Source: Caldisericota bacterium
GTDB taxonomy: Bacteria > Caldisericota > Caldisericia > JAAYUI01
Direction: 5' to 3'
Length of the DNA stretch: 64,000 nt
Assembly (NCBI GenBank): GCA_029548865.1
Contig: JAKPMO010000002.1
Coordinates: forward strand, 128,001 to 192,000
In this document: positions 56,410 through 64,000 of the stretch, one piece after another
How positions within the stretch are numbered: position 1 is the stretch's first letter
Layout of the letters: every line of letters starts with the position of its first letter
Made by a program: the position numbers and the translations under genes
Notes under the pieces: generated by a model
What the model was told of the DNA's origin: nothing
What the model saw: the letters and a program-made list of their open reading frames with translations, nothing else
Database searches by the model: none

Positions 56410-57588
56410 TCACCTCGCTGGTTTGTCGGGGCCAATTGCCGACATTTCTCTTAGTTTTTTTACAATCTGCGGGAAGATCGCCATGACCTTGTCCACATGA
56501 TCCACCGTGTTGTCTTTTCCAAACGAAAACCTTATTGATCCATTTATAAACTCGTGCGGGATGCACATGGCATTGAGCACATGCGATGCGGCAAGTGATT
56601 TTGACGTGCATGCCGACCCGGAAGAGGCCTGTATGTTCCCGTCCATATCAAGAAACATAAGCATTGATTCACCCTCTGCAAATTTGATGCTGATGTTGAG
56701 CAACTGAGGTAATCTGTTTTTTTCGTCGCCGTTTACAAATACGTCCGGGATTTCATCAAAGATTCTTTTCTGGAGAGCATCCCGAAGCATTGCGGTGTAT
56801 TCCATGTGCCAGAGGAGTTTGTCTTTTGCAAGTTTTGCGGCCCACCCCATCCCCACAATTCCAGGGGTGTTATATGTTCCGGAACGGAGGTTTCTTTCGT
56901 GAGAACCACCGGTCATTACAGGGTTTAGTCTGACACCTTTTTTGACATACAGAGCACCAACACCTTTCGGACCATAAAACTTGTGGGCCGACATTGAGAG
57001 CAAATCAACACCAAGCGCCTTGACGTCAACAGGGATCTTCCCTACCGCCTGCACGGCGTCCGTATGGAATGCCACACCCCTCAGCTTGCATATCCTGGCT
57101 ATTTCCTCAACAGGTTCGATTGTCCCGACTTCATTGTTTGCCATCATGATTGAAACCAGGGATGTCTTGCCAGTTATCGCTTTTTCGACGTCTGCCGGGT
57201 TGACCCTGCCCTTTCCATCAACAGGAAGGTATATAGCTTTTGCACCGTAGTGTTTTTCAAGGTCCTGCACCGTGTGCAAAACTGCATGGTGCTCGATTGC
57301 AGATGTTATTATTTCATTTTTCTCAGGGCAAAGCCTCAAAAACAAGCCCCTGATTGCCAAGTTGTCGGATTCAGTACCACCTGATGTAAAGATTATCTCG
57401 CTTGGGCTTGCATTGATGAGCCCGGCCACTTGCAACCTTGCCTCTTCTATTGCCTCGGCCGCTTTTTGGCCCTGGGAGTGCATTGAGGAGGCATTGGCAA
57501 AAATCTCGGAAAAATAGGGCATCATCTTTTCCAGGACTTCCCCGTCAAGCGGTGTTGTGGCAGAATGGTCAAGATAAATGGAGTTCAT
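56410..57588 (-). CDS. iscS: cysteine desulfurase (type I)
   Basis: YLDHSATT, FTSGGTESDN, HTDAVQ, SAHKFYGPKG, SSGSACTS. Confidence 0.95.
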   Translation of the reverse strand: MNSIYLDHSATTPLDGEVLEKMMPYFSEIFANASSMHSQGQKAAEAIEEARLQVAGLINASPSEIIFTSGGTESDNLAIRGLFLRLCPEKNEIITSAIEHHAVLHTVQDLEKHYGAKAIYLPVDGKGRVNPADVEKAITGKTSLVSIMMANNEVGTIEPVEEIARICKLRGVAFHTDAVQAVGKIPVDVKALGVDLLSMSAHKFYGPKGVGALYVKKGVRLNPVMTGGSHERNLRSGTYNTPGIVGMGWAAKLAKDKLLWHMEYTAMLRDALQKRIFDEIPDVFVNGDEKNRLPQLLNISIKFAEGESMLMFLDMDGNIQASSGSACTSKSLAASHVLNAMCIPHEFINGSIRFSFGKDNTVDHVDKVMAIFPQIVKKLREMSAIGPDKPAR

Positions 57589-57887
57589 TTCCCCTCCTTG
57601 TCCCATAATTTGAGGCATTCATCAACATCTTCGCAATTTTTTTGTTTGCAGTTATCAAATATCTCCAGAAATTTTTTTACACCAGGAATGTTCATCTTTT
57701 TTTCATTGATGAGGAACTTGACGAGTTCGAGACGTTCAAGGTCCCTGGCGGAATAAAGCCTTCTTCCGTTGACCCTGTTCGGGGTTATGAGTCCTTTTTG
57801 TTCCCAAAGCCTGAGGGTCTGCTCACAGACCCCAAGAACATCGGCCACCGCTCCAACTGTCATTACTGGTTTCGTGTCTTCTATCAC
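57585..57887 (-). CDS. short MerR/HspR-like regulator with C-terminal Cys cluster
   Basis: TVGAVADVLGV..QTLRLWE.KGLI.P.R, RRLYS; CKQKNCEDVDEC; ATGA overlap with iscS. Confidence 0.87.
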   Translation of the reverse strand: MIEDTKPVMTVGAVADVLGVCEQTLRLWEQKGLITPNRVNGRRLYSARDLERLELVKFLINEKKMNIPGVKKFLEIFDNCKQKNCEDVDECLKLWDKEGK

Positions 57888-58009
57888 GAACCATATAATA
57901 TATCCTCAATGTTAATTTTCAAGTAACCTGTAAATATGATTATAAGGTTTTGGGTTTTTGTGGCCAAGAAAAATTTGTCTGGGACGTTTTTTCTTAGCAG
58001 AGAACAGAA

Positions 58010-59842
58010 CTATTTTGAAAGAGACGCTTTGATTTTTTCGTAGATTGAGGTTGTGTCAAGTTTTTGTGACTCAAGCAATTCTTTTCTGGAGCCATTTTCT
58101 GGAAATGCATTTTGGATGCCGATTATGCGCAATGGTGGTATATGTTCCATCAATCTTTGCCCTATTCCACCACCAGTGACGCCTTCTTCAATGAAGAATA
58201 CAACTTTTTTGCCTTTTGCATGCTTTAACATAGAATCCGTGTCGAGAGGACTGGCGAACCTCATGTTTAAAACAGCGCACGAGAAGCCATCTTTTTCGAG
58301 CATCTCGGAGATGGTGGCCACCTCTTGCCTGAAAGTGCCGATGTATGCAAGAAGGATATCATCGCCATTCTTTGTGAGTTCGGCTTTTCCGAAAACCACG
58401 TCTTCGCAATCGGTTTTTAGGGCTACATCCTTTGGGTACCTGATGGCCGAAGGGCCCTTTGACGAGAAAGCAATTTCGAGCATCTGGCACAATTCCTCGG
58501 CACAGGATGGCGCCATGACGGTGATGTTTGGAACCAGCGAGAGGTAGGCCAGATCAAAAATGCCCTGGTGTGTTGGGCCATCATCTGGAACAAGGCCTGC
58601 CCTGTCGATTGCGAAAATGACCGGCAGATTCATGAGCGCCACATCATGGATTATCTGGTCGTAGGCCCTCTGCAGGAAAGTGCTATATATTGCCACAACA
58701 GGCTTCAGCCCGTTCCTGGCAAAGGCTGAAGCCAGAGACACAGCGTGCTGTTCAGCTATTCCGACATCAAAGAGCCTGCCTGGAAATACCCTCTGGAATT
58801 CCGCAAGGCCGGTTCCATCCGACATTGCGGCAGTTATTGCCACAATCGATTTGTCTTTTTTGGCAGCCTCGACCATGCACTCCCCAAAAACCTTCGAGTA
58901 TGTGGGTTTTCCGTTTGCCGTTTCACCATTTGCAGGCTTGAATGGTGCCGTGCCATGGTATTCGGTTGGTTTTGATTCTGCAAATGAACAGCCCTTGCCC
59001 TTTTTTGTGACAACGTGGAGGAGTACCGGGCCTTTCATGTGTTTTATCCTGCCAAGAAAAGCAAGCAGGAGTGGTATGTCGTGTCCGTCAACCGGGCCAA
59101 GGTACCTGAATCCGAGCTGTTCAAAGTACTGGTCGGCCATAAGAAATCTCTTGAGGGCTCCTTTTATCCTGAAGCCCATCCCGACGGCCCATTCGCCAAA
59201 GCGTCCCATTCTTGAAAAACCTTTGCCGACATAGTGACTGAACCTGCGATAAAAGATTGCCGCCCTGAGTTTGCTTGTGAACAGCGAGAGGGCACCAACC
59301 GATGGCGAGATTGACATCTGGTTGTCATTGAGGATGACAAGGACATCTGTGTCCATCTGGCCTATGTGATTGAGCGCCTCGAAGCATTCACCACCGGTAA
59401 GTGATCCGTCGCCAACAATTGCAATTACTGAATGTTTTTCGCCCTTGAGGTCCCTTGCAATTGCCTCTCCGGCTGCAAGAGAGACGGCCGTTGACGCGTG
59501 CCCTGTTTTGTAAAGGTCATATTGGGATTCGTCAGGATTTGGAAAACCCGAAAGCCCACCTTTTTTTCTTATGCTGCCAAACCTGTCCAGCCTTCCGGTT
59601 ATAATTTTGTGGGCGTAGCACTGGTGGCCCACGTCAAAGATTATCCTGTCTTTGGGGGAATCAAAAATCCTGTGAAGGGCAATTGTCAACTCCACGATTC
59701 CGAGGTTAGATGCCAGATGGCCACCATTTTTTGAAACGGCGTCGACAACCGCTTCCCTTATTTCGCAAGCGAGCTTGCCAAGGTCCCTGGTCCTCAATTT
59801 CTTGAGGTCACCCGGCCCTTTTATTCGACCAAGAATTTCCAT
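58010..59842 (-). CDS. dxs: 1-deoxy-D-xylulose-5-phosphate synthase
   Basis: GGHLASNLG, FDVGHQ.Y.HK, GDGSLTGG...NDNQMSI, IAEQHAV, YSTFLQRAYDQ, DRAG, IRYPK. Confidence 0.96.
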   Translation of the reverse strand: MEILGRIKGPGDLKKLRTRDLGKLACEIREAVVDAVSKNGGHLASNLGIVELTIALHRIFDSPKDRIIFDVGHQCYAHKIITGRLDRFGSIRKKGGLSGFPNPDESQYDLYKTGHASTAVSLAAGEAIARDLKGEKHSVIAIVGDGSLTGGECFEALNHIGQMDTDVLVILNDNQMSISPSVGALSLFTSKLRAAIFYRRFSHYVGKGFSRMGRFGEWAVGMGFRIKGALKRFLMADQYFEQLGFRYLGPVDGHDIPLLLAFLGRIKHMKGPVLLHVVTKKGKGCSFAESKPTEYHGTAPFKPANGETANGKPTYSKVFGECMVEAAKKDKSIVAITAAMSDGTGLAEFQRVFPGRLFDVGIAEQHAVSLASAFARNGLKPVVAIYSTFLQRAYDQIIHDVALMNLPVIFAIDRAGLVPDDGPTHQGIFDLAYLSLVPNITVMAPSCAEELCQMLEIAFSSKGPSAIRYPKDVALKTDCEDVVFGKAELTKNGDDILLAYIGTFRQEVATISEMLEKDGFSCAVLNMRFASPLDTDSMLKHAKGKKVVFFIEEGVTGGGIGQRLMEHIPPLRIIGIQNAFPENGSRKELLESQKLDTTSIYEKIKASLSK

Positions 59843-59920
59843 CACTGCCAAAAATAGACCAGATTGGCCATTTTTCAAGGTTCGTTGACCAACCCCGTAT
59901 TAAGGCTATACTCGAGCAAG

Positions 59921-60316
59921 ATGGATAGAATCAAGGACATTCTTGGCAAGGCAAAGGTCATTGCAGTTGTTGGTGCCTCTCTTGATGAGTGTTCTGCAAG
60001 CTTTCCCATAACCAAGTACCTTATTACCAGGGGATTTGGTGTTTATCCTGTCAACCCGAAATATGCTGGCGAAGAAATTTCGGGCGTCAAATTTCTGGCC
60101 AGTCTTTCAGATATAAAAGAAAAAATAGATATAATCGATGTCTTCAGGAGATCGGAGGCAATACCTGGAATGGTGGACGATTTTCTTGCTGCCAGACCGG
60201 GGGTTGTGTGGTTTCAGCTCGGGATATATGCCCCTGACTCGTTCAAAATCCTTGAAGAAAACGGCATAGAAGTGATATATGATCGCTGTATATACAAAGA
60301 ACTGATGGAGTGTTGA
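59921..60316 (+). CDS. CoA-binding protein (YccU-like)
   Basis: IAVVGAS, YPVNP, DIIDVFR, VWFQLG, DRC. Confidence 0.9.
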   Translation: MDRIKDILGKAKVIAVVGASLDECSASFPITKYLITRGFGVYPVNPKYAGEEISGVKFLASLSDIKEKIDIIDVFRRSEAIPGMVDDFLAARPGVVWFQLGIYAPDSFKILEENGIEVIYDRCIYKELMEC

Positions 60317-60744
60317 TGGAACCCGAATACAAAGGTACTGATTCGAACTGTTTTGCTTGTGGAACATCCAACCAGAGGGGTTTGAAGCTAAAGTTTGCAC
60401 TGATTGATGACCATGTGGAGGCAAGGTTTGTGCCAGACAAGGATTTTGAGGGCTGGGACAATATTGTGCATGGTGGCATAGTGTCCACACTTATAGACGA
60501 GGCGATGTCACATGCCATTTTCAGGCTGGACGGCGGCTCTGTGGTAACGGCCGAAATGACTGTGAGATTTGTAAAGCCGATGTTTGTTGGCAAGCCATTT
60601 GTTGTCCATGGGAAAATTGATGGTCTGAAAGGGAGACTGATTGAGGCTTCGGCCAATATAACTGACCAGGACGGCAACCTGATTGCAAAAGGAACAGGCC
60701 GTTTTATTAGAGTGGGCATAAACCAGAAACTCAACTTTTGCTAG
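60316..60744 (+). CDS. PaaI-family hotdog thioesterase
   Basis: CFACG.SN..GL, VHGGIVSTLIDEAM. Confidence 0.9.
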   Translation: MEPEYKGTDSNCFACGTSNQRGLKLKFALIDDHVEARFVPDKDFEGWDNIVHGGIVSTLIDEAMSHAIFRLDGGSVVTAEMTVRFVKPMFVGKPFVVHGKIDGLKGRLIEASANITDQDGNLIAKGTGRFIRVGINQKLNFC

Positions 60745-60765
60745 CAATTGCAAAGGGAGGTCCGG

Positions 60766-62139
60766 ATGAAAGAACTGTTTAGGCTGATTCCCCAGGTTTC
60801 TTCAATACTCGAGGATGAAGATTTCAAAAAAGAATATGGACATTTTGACCAGAGAATAACCTCCAGCCTTATCAGGGAGGCCCTCGATTCTGTCAGGGAC
60901 AAAATTGCTGGTGGCGAGGCACTGGATGAATCACAGGTCAAAAAACTCGTTGAGACCACACTTAAAAAGAGACTCTCCCCATTGACCAAAAGGTCATTGA
61001 AAAGAGTGATAAATGCAACCGGCATTGTTTTGCATACGAACCTTGGAAGGGCCCCAATGCTTCCCAATCTGTACCTTGCCCCCCTGCTTGAGGGCTACTG
61101 TAATCTCGAATATGACCTCGCCGAAGGGAAGAGGGGTAAAAGAGGCGTCCATGTGAAATCGGTCATCAAAATGCTTCTTGGCGCTGAATCTACCGTTGTG
61201 GTCAACAACAATGCGGCCGCAATACTCCTTCTTCTCAGGACGCATGCTGAAGGCAAGGAGGTAATTGTTTCCAGGGGCGAACTGATTGAGCTTGGCGGTT
61301 CTTTCAGATTGCCGGAAGTGATGACTGCTTCGGGGGCAATGCTTCATGAGGTTGGAACCACAAACAGGACGCACCTGAAGGATTATGCAGGAGCAATCAA
61401 TGAAAAAACCGGGCTGATCCTGAAAGTCCACCCTTCGAACTATGCAATAAGGGGGTTTGCATCTTCTCCGACAACTGCCGAGTTGTCTGCTCTGGCAAAA
61501 GAGAAGAATGTTCCATTTGTTTATGATGTTGGCTCGGGCCTTTTGCGCAAGATAGACCATCCCAATTTCAGGGAGGAGCCGGACTGCCTCTCGGCATTGA
61601 GTGATGGCGCAGATGCAATACTTTTTTCCGGTGACAAGATACTTGGCGGAACACAGGCGGGTTTTATTGTCGGAAGTGAAAAAATTGCTGGTGCCTGTGG
61701 TAAAATCCCCCTCATGAGGAGCCTGAGGCTTGCGAAGGCCCACATGTGCATGCTCGAAGAAGCATTGAGGACATGGTTGCTACCAGACAGGGAAGTCATG
61801 AAGCTGAACCCTGTCATGAGAATGATATCAATGATGCCTGAGGAGCTGGAAGCAAGGGCAAACACTCTCTCTGGGGAAATCAACAAGGCAAATCCGGCAA
61901 TCGGGTCTTTTGTAAAGAAGGTTGAAGGCTACATGGGCGGTGGCTCACTGCCTGACATCAATTTTGATTCTTATGCGGTGGCCATAAAACCAAAAGAAAC
62001 CCCTCAGTTGTTGCTGCAAAAGTTGAGAAATTCTGAAACTCCGATTGTGGCAAGGATTGAAGATGACCTTGTCCTTTTTGACATGAGAACAGTACTTGAT
62101 GGTGAAGGAGAAAAAATAGCCAGGGCACTCGCGCAATGA
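60766..62139 (+). CDS. selA: L-seryl-tRNA(Sec) selenium transferase
   Basis: VINATGIVLHTNLGRAP, NLEYDL, VNNNAAA, SRGEL, EVGTTNRT, KVHPSNY, FSGDK. Confidence 0.93.
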   Translation: MKELFRLIPQVSSILEDEDFKKEYGHFDQRITSSLIREALDSVRDKIAGGEALDESQVKKLVETTLKKRLSPLTKRSLKRVINATGIVLHTNLGRAPMLPNLYLAPLLEGYCNLEYDLAEGKRGKRGVHVKSVIKMLLGAESTVVVNNNAAAILLLLRTHAEGKEVIVSRGELIELGGSFRLPEVMTASGAMLHEVGTTNRTHLKDYAGAINEKTGLILKVHPSNYAIRGFASSPTTAELSALAKEKNVPFVYDVGSGLLRKIDHPNFREEPDCLSALSDGADAILFSGDKILGGTQAGFIVGSEKIAGACGKIPLMRSLRLAKAHMCMLEEALRTWLLPDREVMKLNPVMRMISMMPEELEARANTLSGEINKANPAIGSFVKKVEGYMGGGSLPDINFDSYAVAIKPKETPQLLLQKLRNSETPIVARIEDDLVLFDMRTVLDGEGEKIARALAQ

Positions 62140-62780
62140 CCCAGTCCGAAATAGCAACCAGGGCCATTGAAAAATTGGCCAGATTTTGGGGAGGGTTTGA
62201 ATTCGCAGATTTCAACAAGCGTGACCCGTGGAGAATACTGGTTTCCGCAATAATTTCCCACAGAACACAGGACAACGTAACATATCCTGCAACCGAGAGG
62301 CTTTTTTCAAAATGGTTCGATGTCAGATCGCTTTCGCTTGCTGATCCTGATGAGGTTGCCAAGGTAATATATCCAGCGGGGTTCTACAAAACCAAGTCCC
62401 AAAGGCTTGTCCAGATGGCCATTTTTATCACTTCCCAATATAGTGGGAAAGTACCCGATTCCTTGGACGAGCTATTATGCATAAAAGGTGTGGGCAGAAA
62501 GACAGCAAATCTCGTGCTTTCTCTCGGTTACAATATCCCGTCGGTTGTTGTTGATATTCATGTGCACAGGATTTCCAACAGGGCGGGGTGGGTTAAAACA
62601 CAGACTCCAGAGCAAACAGAGTTTGAATTGATGAAGCTTTTGCCCAAAAAATACTGGACAAAGTCAAATGAGCTCTTGGTTCGTTTGGGTCAAAACATTT
62701 GCAAACCCATCGTTCCAAAATGTGAACAATGCCCGATCTGTCCAATGTGCGTTATGGGTAGTTCTGTTAAGAAAAATTGA
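62136..62780 (+). CDS. nth: endonuclease III
   Basis: GFYKTK, GVGRKTAN, VDIHV.R, C-x6-C-x2-C-x5-C. Confidence 0.92.
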   Translation: MTQSEIATRAIEKLARFWGGFEFADFNKRDPWRILVSAIISHRTQDNVTYPATERLFSKWFDVRSLSLADPDEVAKVIYPAGFYKTKSQRLVQMAIFITSQYSGKVPDSLDELLCIKGVGRKTANLVLSLGYNIPSVVVDIHVHRISNRAGWVKTQTPEQTEFELMKLLPKKYWTKSNELLVRLGQNICKPIVPKCEQCPICPMCVMGSSVKKN

Positions 62781-62857
62781 TGTTGATTTTTAACAGACTC
62801 AATATACAATGCGACTCGCTATTTTTTTACTATCTCTCGTGAAGGGGGTACAATGAG

Positions 62858-63253
62858 TTGTACACATATGGAAGACACCTTCTGTGCGAGGTCTCTGGTT
62901 GTGACCCGTCTATAATAGGTGATGTAGACAAGGTGAAGGAGATCCTTTACCAGGCTGCCGGTCTTGCCAAGGCTGAGATCATGGAATCAACATTCCACCA
63001 CTTTTCACCACAGGGAGTTTCAGGTGTGGTTGTTATTGCAGAATCGCATCTCTCAATTCACACCTGGCCTGAATTTGGCTACGCAGCTCTTGATATCTAC
63101 ACATGCGGGGAACATACCGATCCAGAGGGCGCCCTCAATTATTGCTCCGAGAAGTTTGGCGCCAGTGAAGTCGATATTACAAGAATCGAACGCGGTCTAA
63201 AGGAGGAAACCGGTGGCTTTTCGCACCGGTTGAGTAACGTCGGCGCCGCTTGA
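62858..63253 (+). CDS. speD: S-adenosylmethionine decarboxylase proenzyme
   Basis: GRHL, FSPQGVSG, AESHLSIHTWPE, DIYTCG; TTG start. Confidence 0.92.
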   Translation: MYTYGRHLLCEVSGCDPSIIGDVDKVKEILYQAAGLAKAEIMESTFHHFSPQGVSGVVVIAESHLSIHTWPEFGYAALDIYTCGEHTDPEGALNYCSEKFGASEVDITRIERGLKEETGGFSHRLSNVGAA

Positions 63254-63314
63254 TAGGCGGCTGCAAATACTCTGGGAAGATCGGATTTAATATTTCTCTA
63301 GTCGTAAAACAATC

Positions 63315-63380
63315 CATTAAAATTGAATAAACCAGTTTGTTTTTAAATAAAAACAAATGATAGTGGTTTATTTTTTAATG
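63315..63380. repeat. long imperfect AT-rich inverted repeat
   Basis: CATTAAAA/TTTTAATG, AATAAACCA/TGGTTTATT and TTTGTTTTTA/TAAAAACAAA nested arms. Confidence 0.7.
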
Positions 63381-63436
63381 TCATGAAATGAAGACTGACA
63401 TTGACTTATTTGTGAATTTTGGCTAGAGTTGAGCAA

Positions 63437-63706
63437 GTGAAAGACAATGAAGCCAGATCATCAGTTATAAAGAGGCTCTCAAAGATAGAAGGTCAGGTGA
63501 GAGGCCTTGTGCGCATGATATCTGAAGAACGATCATGTGATGAAATAATCAATCAGATCCAGGCCGTAAAGGCCGGAATAAACAAAGTCGCAGCAATCAT
63601 CCTGGAAAGAAACATCGTTGATTGTTTAAGTCTTTCGGAAAATACAGACCAAACAGAAATTGAGAAGCTCAGAAAGCTTCTCTCCAAAATTGCAGGTAGT
63701 AAATGA
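63437..63706 (+). CDS. CsoR/RcnR-family sensor (CstR-like Cys/Asn/Cys pattern)
   Basis: RLSKIEGQVRGL, SCDEIINQI.AV, ERNIVDC; GTG start 7 nt after TTGACT-17-TAGAGT. Confidence 0.88.
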   Translation: MKDNEARSSVIKRLSKIEGQVRGLVRMISEERSCDEIINQIQAVKAGINKVAAIILERNIVDCLSLSENTDQTEIEKLRKLLSKIAGSK

Positions 63707-63730
63707 TATAGTTGCCGAAAGGAGCGCTTT

Positions 63731-64000
63731 GTGAAGAGAGAGCTTTTGGATGAATTGATGGGTCTTGGGATTGATATTGTATCAACACCCTTTGAATGCC
63801 AGTTTTATGGTTTTGATGTGACCCCGTTGCCGAAGGAAACCTCCTGGGTTTTTAGGGGGACAACTCCAGACGCAGTCCTCAGACCAAAAAACACCGAAGA
63901 AGTTGTCAAAATAATGGATTTTGCCAACAAGCACAAAGTCCCTGTATGTCCAAGGGGTGGCGGAACCTCTGGATATTACCAGTCGGTTCCGAGAGGCAAG
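63731..64000 (+). CDS. FAD-binding oxidoreductase (GlcD/FAD_binding_4-like), 3' truncated
   Basis: AAGGAG then GTG; PDAVLRPKNTEEV...VPVCPRGGGTSG. Confidence 0.85.
   Translation, partial: MKRELLDELMGLGIDIVSTPFECQFYGFDVTPLPKETSWVFRGTTPDAVLRPKNTEEVVKIMDFANKHKVPVCPRGGGTSGYYQSVPRGK

Noticed and set aside
60994..61743. Long antisense ORFs (also 30023-30817, 38924-39688, 13141-13797)
   Set aside because: Shadows of well-supported genes with no motifs
1..64000. CRISPR array, DGR/retron, riboswitch, selenoprotein read-through
   Set aside because: No spaced repeats, reverse transcriptase, recognisable aptamer or UGA-interrupted homologue seen by eye; Infernal and SECIS scans are needed to exclude them formally

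Overview
Bacterial chromosomal window, densely coding, with no integrase, transposase, CRISPR array or rRNA recognised. The gene mix suggests an anaerobe, and the many copper-amine-oxidase N-terminal ('stalk') domain proteins suggest Caldisericota (inference only). Housekeeping content: acpP-fabF-accD-accA, acyl-CoA dehydrogenase, transaldolase, ogt, nfnAB-amrS-maf-minC, fur-nrdJ, tRNA-Gln-glmU-prs-rplY, tetR-MMPL-heptad protein, lplA, tRNA-Phe, merR-iscS-iscU, dxs, selA-nth, speD and a csoR-like gene. Interleaved are seven secreted modular proteins with a stalk domain. Main hypotheses: (1) a non-cellulosomal cohesin-dockerin surface complex, with two stalk-bearing cohesin proteins and a dockerin-bearing M6-like metalloprotease; (2) an unannotated ~90-nt sRNA with its own promoter, an exposed anti-Shine-Dalgarno tract and a terminator; (3) a Cys-tailed MerR/HspR-like regulator heading a minimal IscS-IscU operon in place of IscR; (4) a 1,801-aa surface protein with nested domain insertions behind an orphan NtrC-type activator; (5) a PafA-like phosphatase fused to a GH105/GH88 domain; (6) recurrent leaderless-type promoters. 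All calls are by-eye motif recognition; no searches were run.
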